From NCBI GenBank assembly GCA_012295275.1, contig CM022672.1:28272001-28336000 (forward strand): a stretch of 64,000 bases of DNA, given 5' to 3'. The position numbers and the translations under genes were made by a program. How positions within the stretch are numbered: position 1 is the stretch's first letter; every line of letters begins with the position of its first letter. Source of the stretch: Chrysomallon squamiferum (Eukaryota > Animalia > Mollusca). This document shows positions 52,401 through 64,000 of this stretch, in pieces. The notes beneath the pieces are model-generated. The model ran no database searches. It was not told the origin of the DNA and worked only from the letters and a program-made list of their open reading frames with translations.

Positions 52401-55400
52401 TATGACTATTTACATGTCCCAAGAGCTTGAGCTCAGCTTCTTCAGTCCACAGTCACTTCCAAGAAGGCAGGATTATTATCACACAGACTTAGAAACTTTT
52501 TGCAAAACTGAGACTTGCAATTAGGATCATCCTCCCCAAGTCCATGAATTAGGCGACAAATGTAAGGTTGCATATTGAGCTTTGTAAGTATTTTGTACAG
52601 TGACATTCGTTTGATACTGATGTCTGAACTACTATAGCGAAATGATTTATTTGGGTTTCTTATATATGCCTCAACAACCATAGTTACATTTTCTTCAGGA
52701 CACAGACTTGGCTGACCAGAATGCAGGGCATCGAGATCCTAGCCGGTTTGGCCAAACTTGTCTCAAAGTTGATAGAGAATTTATATTAAAATAATTGTGC
52801 CATTCACAAATTACATCCTGTACATTTTTTGTTTTCCAATATCTCTTTAAAATAAATTTATGCTCTTTTAAAATCATCTTGCATGGCATGGTTGAAACTG
52901 AATGAAAATAAGGTTATTTCAGCTGCGTTGCAATTAAAAATTAATAGCATGAACCATATTTAGAACTTATGTCAGGCCAGTTGGGTCACAAGTCACAAGC
53001 CAATACAGTGATTCATTTTGGAATGAATATACCTATTTTATAGAGTTGTTTTTAGTATGGCTATTTAATAGAGTTATATATATATATGTACTCTTCAAAA
53101 TCAAGTAAGGAACTCCGCAAAGAATTTGCTGTTGCCAAAATTGTAAATAATATTAGATGTTTATATAATAACAGTGAAGTAATTGGGCAAAATTTACTAC
53201 TATTAGTTCAGTATTACACTAGATGATTGAATGATGACTGAGATCAGAAGTGAAATTTGAAAGTTTATTTTTTTTATAATAGCGAGTGAAACCACTTCAG
53301 TGTGTAAGCCATTCATTCAGTTGATGAGGCATGCTGAGTGTAACTCCACCATTCCACACCTCTTGCAGCATCTGACCACTAAAGTGGTGGTCAGACTATG
53401 GAAATATGTTTCAGGGTGTTGATAAGCAGACCAGTACCTTCTTTGCTAGGACATCCATAATCAAAATGTATGTTCAGTCTATTTGGTGATATTAACATTA
53501 ATATTTCAGGTTCTTGAGTTTTCTTTTAAGAGTGTGTGCATACTTTAAAATGCTTTAAAACAAAATACAAAGATTATATATAGTAAGACTGATGTGGATA
53601 TGTGTGCACTTTAAAATATTAAATGCTACTACCTACCATGCCAATTTCTTCTTCCAGTAATATGTGAGTTATTGATTTGTGATCTCCCTCTCTGTGATAA
53701 ACAGAAAATAATAATAGAAAACCTATTCTTTTTTCAATGTAAACATAGTTTTAATACATGTATCTGAAAATAGCAGAATACTTGTTTATTTAAATTTTGT
53801 ATAATAAACACTGTGATAGATTAAACACGAATAACAACTCTGTTAACATCTAATTAAAACTATTCACTATACAGTGGTACCTTGACCTACGAGTTTAATT
53901 TGTCCTGTGGCCAAGCTTGTAACTGAATTTGCTAATATATCAAATATATTTTCCCAACTGATATTAATTGAAATACCATTAATCCGTTCCAGCCCCCAAA
54001 ACCACCCCAATGTTTTGTAAAGTGTTTTTAAATAAGCTAAATGTATGTATAAATGACAAATATTGTTTCAAGACAAAATAAAAGAGAATGTAAAGAAATA
54101 AATTGGTTTTGTAAAGTGTACAGGGTTAGGGTTTCTCCATCTTTTCATGGACAGAGGCCCACAGCTTAGAAATTATTTTAACACCTTTGGCTGGAGTTAT
54201 AGCCTTTATTGACTCCTTCTGCCTCAGTATGGTACATATCATAAAAGTACTACCCTTTTACTGCCTACCCAAGTCAACTACACACACACACACCTCAGTA
54301 GTTCATGCATTAATTCAATGGACATTCTTCTCAGCACTATCCTTTGCACTCATTTTCTTAGGATCCATGGTCATGGATCCATGGTAATTTGGCAAAAAAC
54401 TGTACAAAACTCAAGCACAACATAACAGAGATGCTTCCATGGTGAGGTAACCACATGAAGCAAATGAGTAAGATGCGGGATGCTGGGTAGATGTTGTGTT
54501 GTTCGTTTGGCCAACTAGCAGCAGCTTATCTGAAGCTCGCTCTTAACTCAGATTTTGCCTCGCAACTCAAAGCAAAATATCAACAAGTTGGCTGCTCATA
54601 ACTTGGAAAACTCGTAGTTGGGGCACTCATAAGTCAAGGTACCACTGTGTTTGTTTATAAACAAATAATACGTAAACTGTTTTCTAAATATACTTTTCAC
54701 AATCTTTTTAAAACTATAACCCACTGTGAATACAAAGATATTTCATTCAGCATTTCTAAAGGTTTAAAGGAAACAATGACAACTTGTAAAATCAGCTCTT
54801 TCGTCAGTTTTTCAAAACATTTTATTCCACGTGTCGTCCAAGTTTTGGCAATCTGAAAATTGTTAAAAAATATAATGAGAAGACAATATGTCAAAAGAAT
54901 AATACAGTTTCAACAGTTAATACCTAGAAATAAAAACAATTCAAAAATGTTTTGGAAAAATTAATGTTCACGTCATCTTTACTACTAAAATATTGGTTAT
55001 TAAAATATATTAAAAGAAAAAAGAAAAATTGGTAAGATTATTCAAGACCTGTGTGTATATGTGTGGATCAGTGTATGAGTATGAATGTACATGTAAATGT
55101 GTGAAAGTGTGAGTCAGTGTTTATATGTATGCATGTTGTGTGACTGGGTGTGAGAGAATGTGAGCATACGCACATTTTTATAAGCACTTAGAATCAGTCA
55201 AACAAGAAATGTCTTTTATTAATATGCTTACAGGCCTGAGACCTGCCAAACCACATTTCATCAGTTCCAGATTTGAAGCAAAGAAATTAACTGGTAAAGC
55301 AACACACACTCTGTTAGCTGATACAACTTCTGTGTTTCCATAATCCAAGTAGAAAACATCAATAGTTTCTTTCCTTTTGAATAATAATAACAAAATTATC

Positions 55401-55409
55401 TAGATAATG

Positions 55410-55440
<31 letters not shown>

Positions 55441-56969
55441 AAAATAATAACCAGAACTTGTTGTAATTTTACTTTAGCCAAAATTTATTTGTTGAGCAGA
55501 CAAAATTCTTTAATTGTGAATAATAAAATAAACTTTTTAATTCATTTATGTTATTAAAGCTGGGTAACTTAAAATGTGATTCTCAAAACATTATGGGAAT
55601 ACACTGAATAGTTCTTAAATAATATAAATAATAGAGATCATTTGAATGAAATGCTTTTAAGTGTCAATTTTTTTAAATGAAAAAAAATCAAATAGTGAAA
55701 CAAGAAGTAAACTGAGACAACTACCTTTTTTTTTTGTACTTAAACTTTTTTATTTCACTTTGATGATCAATATGAATATAGACATAACAACTGGATTTAA
55801 ATATAAAAAGAAAGAAAATCTCTTACATGTCTGACCGTGCAACCTGAGCTCTTTTGTATTTTCCTTTAGTATGACAAGATTTCACTAAAATGAAAGATCC
55901 CTCATCAATAGACAGCCTAAGTCCTGGAGGAAATGTGCCAATCTCATCACAAAATTCTTGAAATGAATCCTCAAGATCAGAAAATTCACTGAACCCCTTA
56001 CCTGTATCACATATAACAAATTTAAAACTTATGACTGTAATTTAATTTTTTTCTTGTTTCTGGATAGCAAAAAATAACAACTTAATGTACCTTTTCAATA
56101 AAGTTATTATAACTGAAAATGTTGTTAACTTCAGAATATGACTTTTTTAACACTTAAAGTGTACAGTTTAATAAATGAATAATGAGTACTTGTTTAATAC
56201 ATTTTCTACTGACGGCTATTAATGTATTTTTTTGTATCATGTATGTTGTTGTATCTCAAGGATGATACCTGCTGTTTATTTATGATCTCAATAACCAGTA
56301 ATACTACATTCATAACCACTTTTATATATATATTATTACAATTAAAGATTAATCTTACGAGTTCCAATTTGAATCCAAAAGTTTTGTAGATCTAAAATAT
56401 GTTCAACTCGCCCACAAAAAAGCTCCACAGGATTTTCACAAGCTCCAACCTCCTGATCCATTGAGCTCCAAAATACTGTAACAGATTTCAATACAAATAA
56501 TTGCTATCATTACTATAGCAAAGACAAAAAAAATAAAAAAAATGAATTTTAAAAAATAAATAATAATAATAATAAAAATAAAAATAAATAAATAATAAAA
56601 ATATAATTGGAACCTATAATATTACAGAGTAGATGTGCCAATTACTATATTCCTTGGGGAATTTTTATGCCACAAATTCTGTAGCAATGTAACTGACATT
56701 AGTTTTGGTCATATGATACTGAGAATTTGTTTACTACTGTGTATCAGCTATAGAGAGAAATGGCTGTGATTTTCTAACATGTGTAAAAATAACACATTTG
56801 TGAGTACATGTAGTTTAATATTCTCTCTAGATACATAAAATTATTATTGTTGTTATCATTATTATTATTATTATTATTATTAAAATAAAATAAAATAAAA
56901 TAAATATATAAAATAATAATAATGATATTTCATCTTACTCAAATTATCAAATGCCACTTCATAGGACAT
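39872..56969 (-). CDS. Tudor-domain protein with MIF4G-like domain, LC8-type xQT motifs and C-terminal CCHC knuckle (~1223 aa, 19 coding exons)
   Basis: Exons 56969-56939, 56475-56359, 56001-55827, 55373-55232, 54852-54725, 53691-53637, 52068-51963, 51837-51460, 49693-49463, 49209-49116, 48665-48578, 48285-48216, 47604-47491, 46657-46593, 46329-46244 (GC donor), 43745-43679, 43325-43159, 41717-41542 and 41253-39872 chain in phase (3672 nt, no stop). Extended Tudor: VEHILDLQNFWIQ...YKRAQV...VFYLDYGNTEVV...CGLAGLRP..W...SITHILLEE. Knuckle: CTLCHSHQHVAYSC. The start exon is less certain. Confidence 0.8.
43900..46140 (+). mobile_element. Decayed tyrosine-recombinase retrotransposon (DIRS/Ngaro-like), antisense within a Tudor-gene intron
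   Basis: YR relics FIAFL..HL.SS.VKTYISGISSWHK, LASFAFLLVGELT, DGKSLTRYQFNSVL and YKSHIIRLGAA...IKQWGRW, followed by an SGNH-hydrolase-like start (VWIIGSSIV...NLGL) as in Ngaro-type elements. Boundaries are approximate. Confidence 0.78.
49885..51436. repeat. 34-bp minisatellite (tgtgataacacaatatgtaacatgtacactgaga), ~45 units, intronic
   Basis: Tandem array with catg/tgtg and gaga/gagc variants and truncated units; lies between Tudor-gene exons 51837-51460 and 49693-49463. Confidence 0.97.
52155..52950 (-). mobile_element. Tc1/mariner-superfamily relic (DUF4817-HTH type transposase)
   Basis: One TIR tacagggtgt at 52155. Fragments FILKRYWKTKNVQDVICEW, RNPNKSFR..S....I.RMSLYKIL..L.MQPY...LIHGL.EDD...K.QFC and C-terminal ANGLQFEHL. 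The other end was not resolved. Confidence 0.78.
53089..53534 (-). mobile_element. Short Tc1-like deletion derivative
   Basis: Imperfect TIRs tactcttcaaaa...gaact and gttc...ttttaagagtg; minus-strand relic SMP...SGFTRY typical of the Tc1 transposase C-terminus. Confidence 0.6.
53872..54647 (-). mobile_element. pogo/Tigger-like non-autonomous element
   Basis: TIRs cagtggtaccttgacctacgagt and actcataagtcaaggtaccactg, TA on the left flank; internal minus-strand MDPKKMSAKDSAEK resembles a pogo transposase N-terminus. Confidence 0.88.
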
Positions 56970-58008
56970 ATATTTAAAAGCCTATATGCTTTAATCCTGT
57001 TCCAAACTTTTGATTAAATAATTTCATAATTGTAACTTGTTGGAATTTAATACAGATCATTCCCAGTTTATCTGTAACTATTTTAAATAAAGGTTAGAAG
57101 TCTTCTCCTTTTTTTTCAGATTTAGGAAAATGATGTATTAAAAATTCAAATACCTTAACTAATAACAGCAGAACAATTAAATAAAAACTGATATGATTAA
57201 AATAATAATACATTTAAAAAGAATAAACTGACCTTTTAGTAATGTCCTAACTATGATGATAAGATGATAAAGCGTCAGTGTAAGCTCCTATATTGAAATT
57301 TCAACATATTTTGAAAGAAAAACATTCAAGTCACTTAGTCACGGAAATTTAAAATTTTCCTACTTTCACTTTTAATACAGTTTTCAATTGTATTTCATAA
57401 GCAGACCAAATTATAAATATCTAAAATTAAATTAAGTGTAAATATTGGTAGCATCCTCGTATTTAAAATTCAAATCAATATTGTCACAATTAAATATTTC
57501 AAATTTTTAAAGTTTCAAACAGTATTCCGATACTTTCCTTCACCTTTCGTTCTATTAAATGATTATATCCGATTCGCTTTTCATAAATAACGTACTTTTA
57601 AATCCTAAACGGTACCAATCTATTTTTTGTCCACTCTTACTAGATTATCTCCCTTAGTTCGTTGGCAATCGTTCAAATAATTAACTGGAATTCAACAAAA
57701 TAAGTTGTTGATGGCCATTTGGTAAAAAAAAGAATAATAATTTTAAAAAAAAAGGAAAAGTGCACTTTCACTTTTTATTTTAAATAAAAGTTGCTTTTAA
57801 AATGTAATGTATATGAATAATGGAATCAGAAAAGTGATGCAGAACAAAATTTATACAACAAACAGTATGAAGAACTGCACATTATCGTAGATACATTAAT
57901 GTTATTACCCTTGATTACGTTCTTATTGAAAGCTTTACTTTCAGTTATTTGTTATTTATTTATTTATTTATTTATTTATTATCTAATCCATAGAATAACT
58001 GAATAAGG

Positions 58009-58041
<33 letters not shown>

Positions 58042-59069
58042 TAAAGAAAAAATAAAATAAAATAAACTTGTATAAAGATAGAGTAACATTCAGACATATT
58101 AATACAATGAAAAAAAAACACACATTTAATTTAATTTAAATTTTAATTTTATAGTGGGATATGTGTATGTGTGTCATCGTGTGTGTATATATATGGGTGT
58201 GTCTATATATTTACTGGAGAAATAGGCAGGCAGAGAGAGATAGATATTAATGTCGGAAAATGGCTATTTATATGTGAATACCTCGTGAATAATCTCTTAT
58301 GTCATTTATTTACAATTAGACATACGTTCCTATCTTTCTCCCCAGTCTCGACTCACGCTAATCTTGATTAGCTCTGTGACACACGAGAGTTGTGTATATA
58401 GAAGATGTACCATTTAATGATTACGTTAAATATATTAATATAACGTATCAAAATCAACAAAAGCGTTTCTGAGTGTCCGGGATTTATGGGCATGTCGACG
58501 ACCACACTGTGAGGTCAACGCGAATACCTGAGTGGGAAACTGCACAGGTGTGATGTAGACTCGGATAGACGTTCTCCAACATATCACTACTGGACCGATA
58601 GCTTGGTTTTACCATCGACAACACCCTGAATACAACGCAGAAGTCAATACATAATTTATATTTACACAGACATAATAAATGTCAGCGATCATAAAACGCC
58701 TTGAGATAAAAGTAGCGCATGACGTAGCTCAGTGATTCCATAAGAAAGATATATACAAAAAGATGCAGGTAGAGAGATTTGGTATTTAATAAAAGGGAAC
58801 TGCTGCCAATATTTTTGTTTTCATTTGTTCTTTTTTCGTTTTAATCGGTTTGTTTTAGTTTTATTTATTATTTATTTATTTTGTTTATTATTATTATTGT
58901 TGTTGTTGTTTTGTTGTTGGTTGTTGTTGTTGTTTATTTGTTTTTCCCAAAAAATATTTCAAGTTTATAATTTTTCATTTCGATATTTTTACCACTGGGT
59001 CTCGAATACTACTAATTTAAGTTTATGGAAACAACAGAGGCACCTCACTGTGGTGATTTGAAACATATC

Positions 59070-59070
<1 letters not shown>

Positions 59071-59160
<90 letters not shown>
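59071..59160. repeat. (CT)n microsatellite
   Basis: Directly visible; causes the ERERE/SLSLS ORFs. Confidence 0.97.
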
Positions 59161-59163
<3 letters not shown>

Positions 59164-60050
59164 ATTTCTGGCAAACTTCGTATGAAATAAATAAAGACAG
59201 AAAAACTATGGGAGAACTGGCACTTCTTAATCATATGAAAAACTATTACTGTTATAAAACTTGAGACGTATATTCTAGGAACGAACCCTTTAGATCTTCG
59301 GTTTTAATACTACATGCATTAGATATTGCCTAATAAGATCACAAAGAGAATAAAATCCTGTAATACTCAGAAACTAGTAACTCACTTGTAAAATAAATAA
59401 ATAAAAATTAAAACAAAAAATAATCAAATAAACATACACAGAATTATTAATTTTCATAGCATCCATCTTATATGGATTTATTTACACAACACAAATTTGT
59501 ATTAGACATTTAAATTTAGAAAAGTAATAATATAAACAATCCATAAACATTTGTTTAAATTTAAAATACGTTGAAATAGTTGAACTTAATACTGAAGGTG
59601 AATATATTAATTAAATGTTGATAGACAGATAGATAGATTTTAATAACTGAAGTACATGTTATGAATATTTTAAAGGCAAAATACACTAGTTTCAAGTGTA
59701 GTTGCTAAAATTAGTGTATTAATTAGAATTTAACCGCAAATATTTTTGTCTACACCTGTATTTTGTTCTAAACATTAACCTTTGATGATCGAAGTATTTA
59801 GAAATAGTATCAGAGAAGTGCTCGGTGATTTGTGAATTGCCCATTTAAAAACATTGTGAAACTGGAGCGCCCACAAGACTCACAATAATTTTAAAATTAA
59901 CATATTCAATGATTGAAGTTTCATGCATCACGTAAGACCACCGATTTTCTCTCAATCTCTGTCCCCTGAACAAATAAACAGTCGCTACTACTTTTAGTGA
60001 ATTAGCAAAGCTGCAAAACAACAAAACAACAAACATACACATCAATACAA

Positions 60051-60115
<65 letters not shown>

Positions 60116-60450
60116 ACAAATAAATAAACAAATTAATTTAATTTAACTGATTGATTCATGTATCGGCTGATTGATTAACTAGTTGACCAACAGATTAAAC
60201 TAATAAATAATATAATATAAATTATATATTAAAATAAAATAAAATAAAACGTGCTTACTTTTAAACTGTAGGACCTAATACTAACTTATCTCACAAAACT
60301 GAATATAATCATGTAAATAAGTTAATTACTTTGTTATTTTTCAGGTAAACAAAGAAACTTGTCATTTCAAGTATGAACAACACTGAAAGAAAAACTAAAT
60401 CCTTTAACCTAATATCAGCACGATTATTATCAGTAGCGTTATTGTTGTTA

Positions 60451-60453
<3 letters not shown>

Positions 60454-60521
<68 letters not shown>
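60454..60521. repeat. (CT)n microsatellite
   Basis: Directly visible. Confidence 0.97.
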
Positions 60522-60525
<4 letters not shown>

Positions 60526-60759
60526 CTTTTCCCTTATTACTGCTGTTCCTGTGTACATAATATTTTTAACCAATAAAAAGACAATTGGCAATAAATAAAT
60601 AAATAAATAAATAAAATTTGGATTAGCTGTATGATGTGATCCGGGTAAACAAAAATAGAAACAACATAAGAACACTACAACAGCAACAGCAAACAAAACA
60701 CGACCGAACTCTTTACGAACTCGGTGATGAAAACAACAAAAAGAACACAGTACAAAATT

Positions 60760-60985
60760 AAAAAGCGGAAAGAACAACAAAACGTCACGACCAGCTCCAT
60801 GCGTTTCGATCTGCTCTACACTCCCTTGTGTCTTGCAAGGCGTAACGATAACCCTTTCTTTTCCCTCCCCTAAACTCTTTGCTGCGACAAACACGCCTCC
60901 TGGCTTTGTCAGAGAGTAAGACTGTCGCAGGCGTGCTTCACAACAGCTTGCTCTGATCAGCATGTTCTTTTTTTCACTCACTCGT
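60760..60985. repeat. Dispersed repeat related to 11660-11832
   Basis: Shared motif blocks as described for 11660-11832. Confidence 0.55.
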
Positions 60986-61425
60986 TCTCTGTTTCAACTG
61001 AACTGCTTTTATGTTCTGCCAGTGGTTCCTGTATATCAATGCCCATGATACTTCTTTTACACTCGAACTGGCAGACAAACAAATAAAATGTCGTCATGTT
61101 CGTATTTTCATTACAACCTGGAAAATTATTACAAAAATTAATTAGTTATTGTTAGGTGTTAGGGTTTATGTACCTAGATGCGAGCGTTTCAACACAGAAA
61201 TTTTGCACTGTCGGCAGTGTTGCAAACGCGATTTTCGTTGCTGTTTTTCAGTGCGATTTCGAGAAAATTCCTATTAAAATTAGGAATAACAAAAATGAAT
61301 ATTATCTGATCTTAATAATTTATATGTGAACGGATGGCAGAATGTATTAAAACATTTTTCATAAATATACGTTATTACTTATTGTTCATTTATTTAAAAA
61401 ATAACAATAATAATAACTAAATTAA

Positions 61426-61459
<34 letters not shown>

Positions 61460-64000
61460 GATGTCGTTGTTGTTGTTTTTAAAAAAATGATTATATTATT
61501 TATTTATTTATATATATAAAAAAATTTAGAATAATAAATAAATAAATAAATAAAATAATAATCAATGTGTCGATTTCAGTATGCTAACGCGTTGCGCTAA
61601 GAACCAACACGGCGCCAAATGTGACGTAATACATTCAATATGGAACAACAGTCTCTCAGCTTATTTTGCACAAATGAATGGGGACTGAAATTGTGAATGG
61701 ACGAATCAAGATAAACAGTTTTCATATTGTTTTGTCATCGACCAAACAGTTTCGGCAATTTGCTGTGTCGTCTGCCTCAAGCAACGTGGAGTCTATAGCC
61801 TCGTGCAAGTCGCGTGCCAAGAAATGTCGGCTAGATATAAATGCAGTTTGGAATCTGGCAGGCAAAACCTAATAATCTGATTACGTGACATCACACGATG
61901 CAATTAGTTCGTTTAATAAAATGATGCTGCATGTTTTATCATTAACTAGTTAACCTCGAAATCTTTTTTTCTCTTCATTTTCTAAATTATTATTTTATTA
62001 ATTTATTATTTATGTATTTTACTTTTCCCCCCCTTTTTTTCCTTTTAAAGTAAATTAACGAACACGTTGTAGTAGTAGAGTTGTAAATGAGGTCGCAATA
62101 GTAGTTACATTGTTTTCGACGACCGCTATATTGGCCGTTCATTTGGAAAATTATGAAGTGTTCCTATATCTTTTTCGCTGCACCTATTTACTGTTCAGGT
62201 GTTCACCACTGTTAATACTTTATAGTGTAAAAGGAAATTTTTCGTGTTGCTAGTAGACGTCGGTATCACTCTGTACGACCATAGCTAAGCGCTTTGTTTT
62301 ATACTCGTTAAAACACTATTCATTTCATGATCACTGTTTCAAGGCAGATAAAAAAAGAAAAAATGTACGAATGATTATTACAAATCGAATAAGCACCAGG
62401 TCAACCGAAAATTGTGTAGGTTTCACATTCATTATAAATGTGATATCTGAGTACTAAGTAGTAGCCAAATACATTTTTCATGATTTGTTTCTCTTCAAAA
62501 TAAACCTCAGTTCACATCAACAAAATGTGTAAACATACTTGTATACTTTCCAGTGACTGACTGCTTTATTATTAGCAAAAGTTATTTATTGCTGATTTAT
62601 TGCATTATTATGCCGAATTATAAAGGAATGGTATTCACAAATAATAATAATAACAAGAAGAAGAAAACTGTCGAGAAAAATAATAAAATTGTTAATAATT
62701 TATAATGAGGAATATTTAAAATAAGTGATCATATTGTAATTAGGTCTATAGATTACTCAGAGCGGCCGCAAGATATGCCGGGAATTTTACATGATTCTGT
62801 ATGGGTTCTAATCTTTCAGTTACTTCTATTTTTTTTTTTCCCCTCGCAATATCCAAGACATAAAAGCCGTTAGCAAGCGAATACCTTTTTGATCTGACTG
62901 CAATATTTCCTGACGGGGTCCTGAACCGGATATTGCCACCAGGGAGCAGGAGTCACAGTAAACGCGGAAACTCTCGAGATTCGCTTCGTACCAGTCATGC
63001 GCAGTGTCAACATCCGGTAATGTTTACAGGAAACGCAGATCATTCTTGCTGAATATAACGGGGGGGGGAAATGCTTCTTTCTTTAATACGATTTTGTACG
63101 AATGAACACCCGATAATTAAGCTTCAGTTTCAATAGATTTCTGTACAAGCAGTTTTCAGCTGGCTTCAAGTTAAACGCCAGAAAACACTTGAACGCAAAG
63201 CAATGAGATGAAGTTCATGAACGCCAAGCAAATCGAAATAAGTACGTCGCCGATACACGTGGTTACTAAATTGGTCGACGAACTCATTTGATGCAGAACA
63301 AAGGCTTCTAGTGAGACCATTGAGACGAAACAAAATATGTTTTTAAATTTATTATTATTTCTCAAAGTGACGTCTAAGCAATGCCTGGATCACCATTGTT
63401 TTATTACGGCATTAATTTCTTTATTTCTTTACCTTTTTTTAAATGTATTTTTATCCTTTTCCCCCTTTCTTTTTAAATCTTTTATTTTCTTATTTATTTA
63501 TTTAAGTTCTTCCGAATGTATATATAAGCGTTTCTAAATGGCCCGCTTGACCAGAAATATTTCAAGATTAAAATATCAGATGAACGAGGAATTGTTTTAA
63601 GTTCATCAAATTATGTAAGTAACTGGGCAAGTTCACTAAAATGTGGCAGGTAAGAGATTTTTTTGTACGCGAAAATGGATCAAGTGGGAAATGTGAAAAG
63701 CCCCATTGCTATAAATTGGGAATCTGTCTGTTTGTATGAATGTCAGTAAATGAATGAATGATTATTGGCTGTTAGGTGTCAAACCAAAGGTAAATAAAAC
63801 AAAATGATAATTATTTTATTCATAAAAATTCAAAAATAATTAAAACACAGTGTAAAGAGCTGTTCATAATATAAAAGAATCACCGTTTACTGAAATTAAA
63901 ATTTACGGTAAAATTCTGAAACTCTAAAACATTTTAAAACAAGTTCAGGATGGAATCGAAATGACGATTCTTTTTAAAATCCTTGTCTCATCAAAATGTG

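Noticed and set aside
58330-58780. GC-richer patch upstream of the Tudor gene
   Set aside because: No recognisable protein, RNA gene or TE termini in any frame.
58989-60981. ORFs containing ERERER or SLSLSL runs
   Set aside because: Translations of (CT)n microsatellites.

Overview
AT-rich, microsatellite-rich eukaryotic (animal) genomic DNA with spliceosomal introns; an invertebrate, plausibly a mollusc (inference from repeat and gene style only). From left to right: (1) a likely first coding exon of a minus-strand gene running off the left edge; (2) a detoxification-type cluster with an intronless UDP-glycosyltransferase broken by a ~25-nt frameshifting deletion (-), a further decayed UGT pseudogene that the ORF track misses (-), a 6-exon RDH11/12/13/14-type short-chain dehydrogenase (-) and an intact intronless UGT (+); (3) a ~1660-aa multi-C2H2 zinc-finger gene (+) with a tandemly duplicated last exon; (4) a convergent gene (-) of 19 coding exons and ~1220 aa that I reconstructed by hand. 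Its predicted architecture is an extended Tudor domain, a SLIP1/CTIF/PAIP1-type MIF4G-like domain, tandem LC8-type xQT motifs and a C-terminal CCHC knuckle, and it is the best candidate for something new here. Many TE relics are interspersed (Tc1, mariner, DUF4817-type, pogo/Tigger, hAT, MULE, Ngaro/DIRS). A 34-bp intronic minisatellite explains the three spurious ~500-600-aa ORFs at 49.3-51.7 kb. All gene models and homology calls were made by eye, with no database searches.
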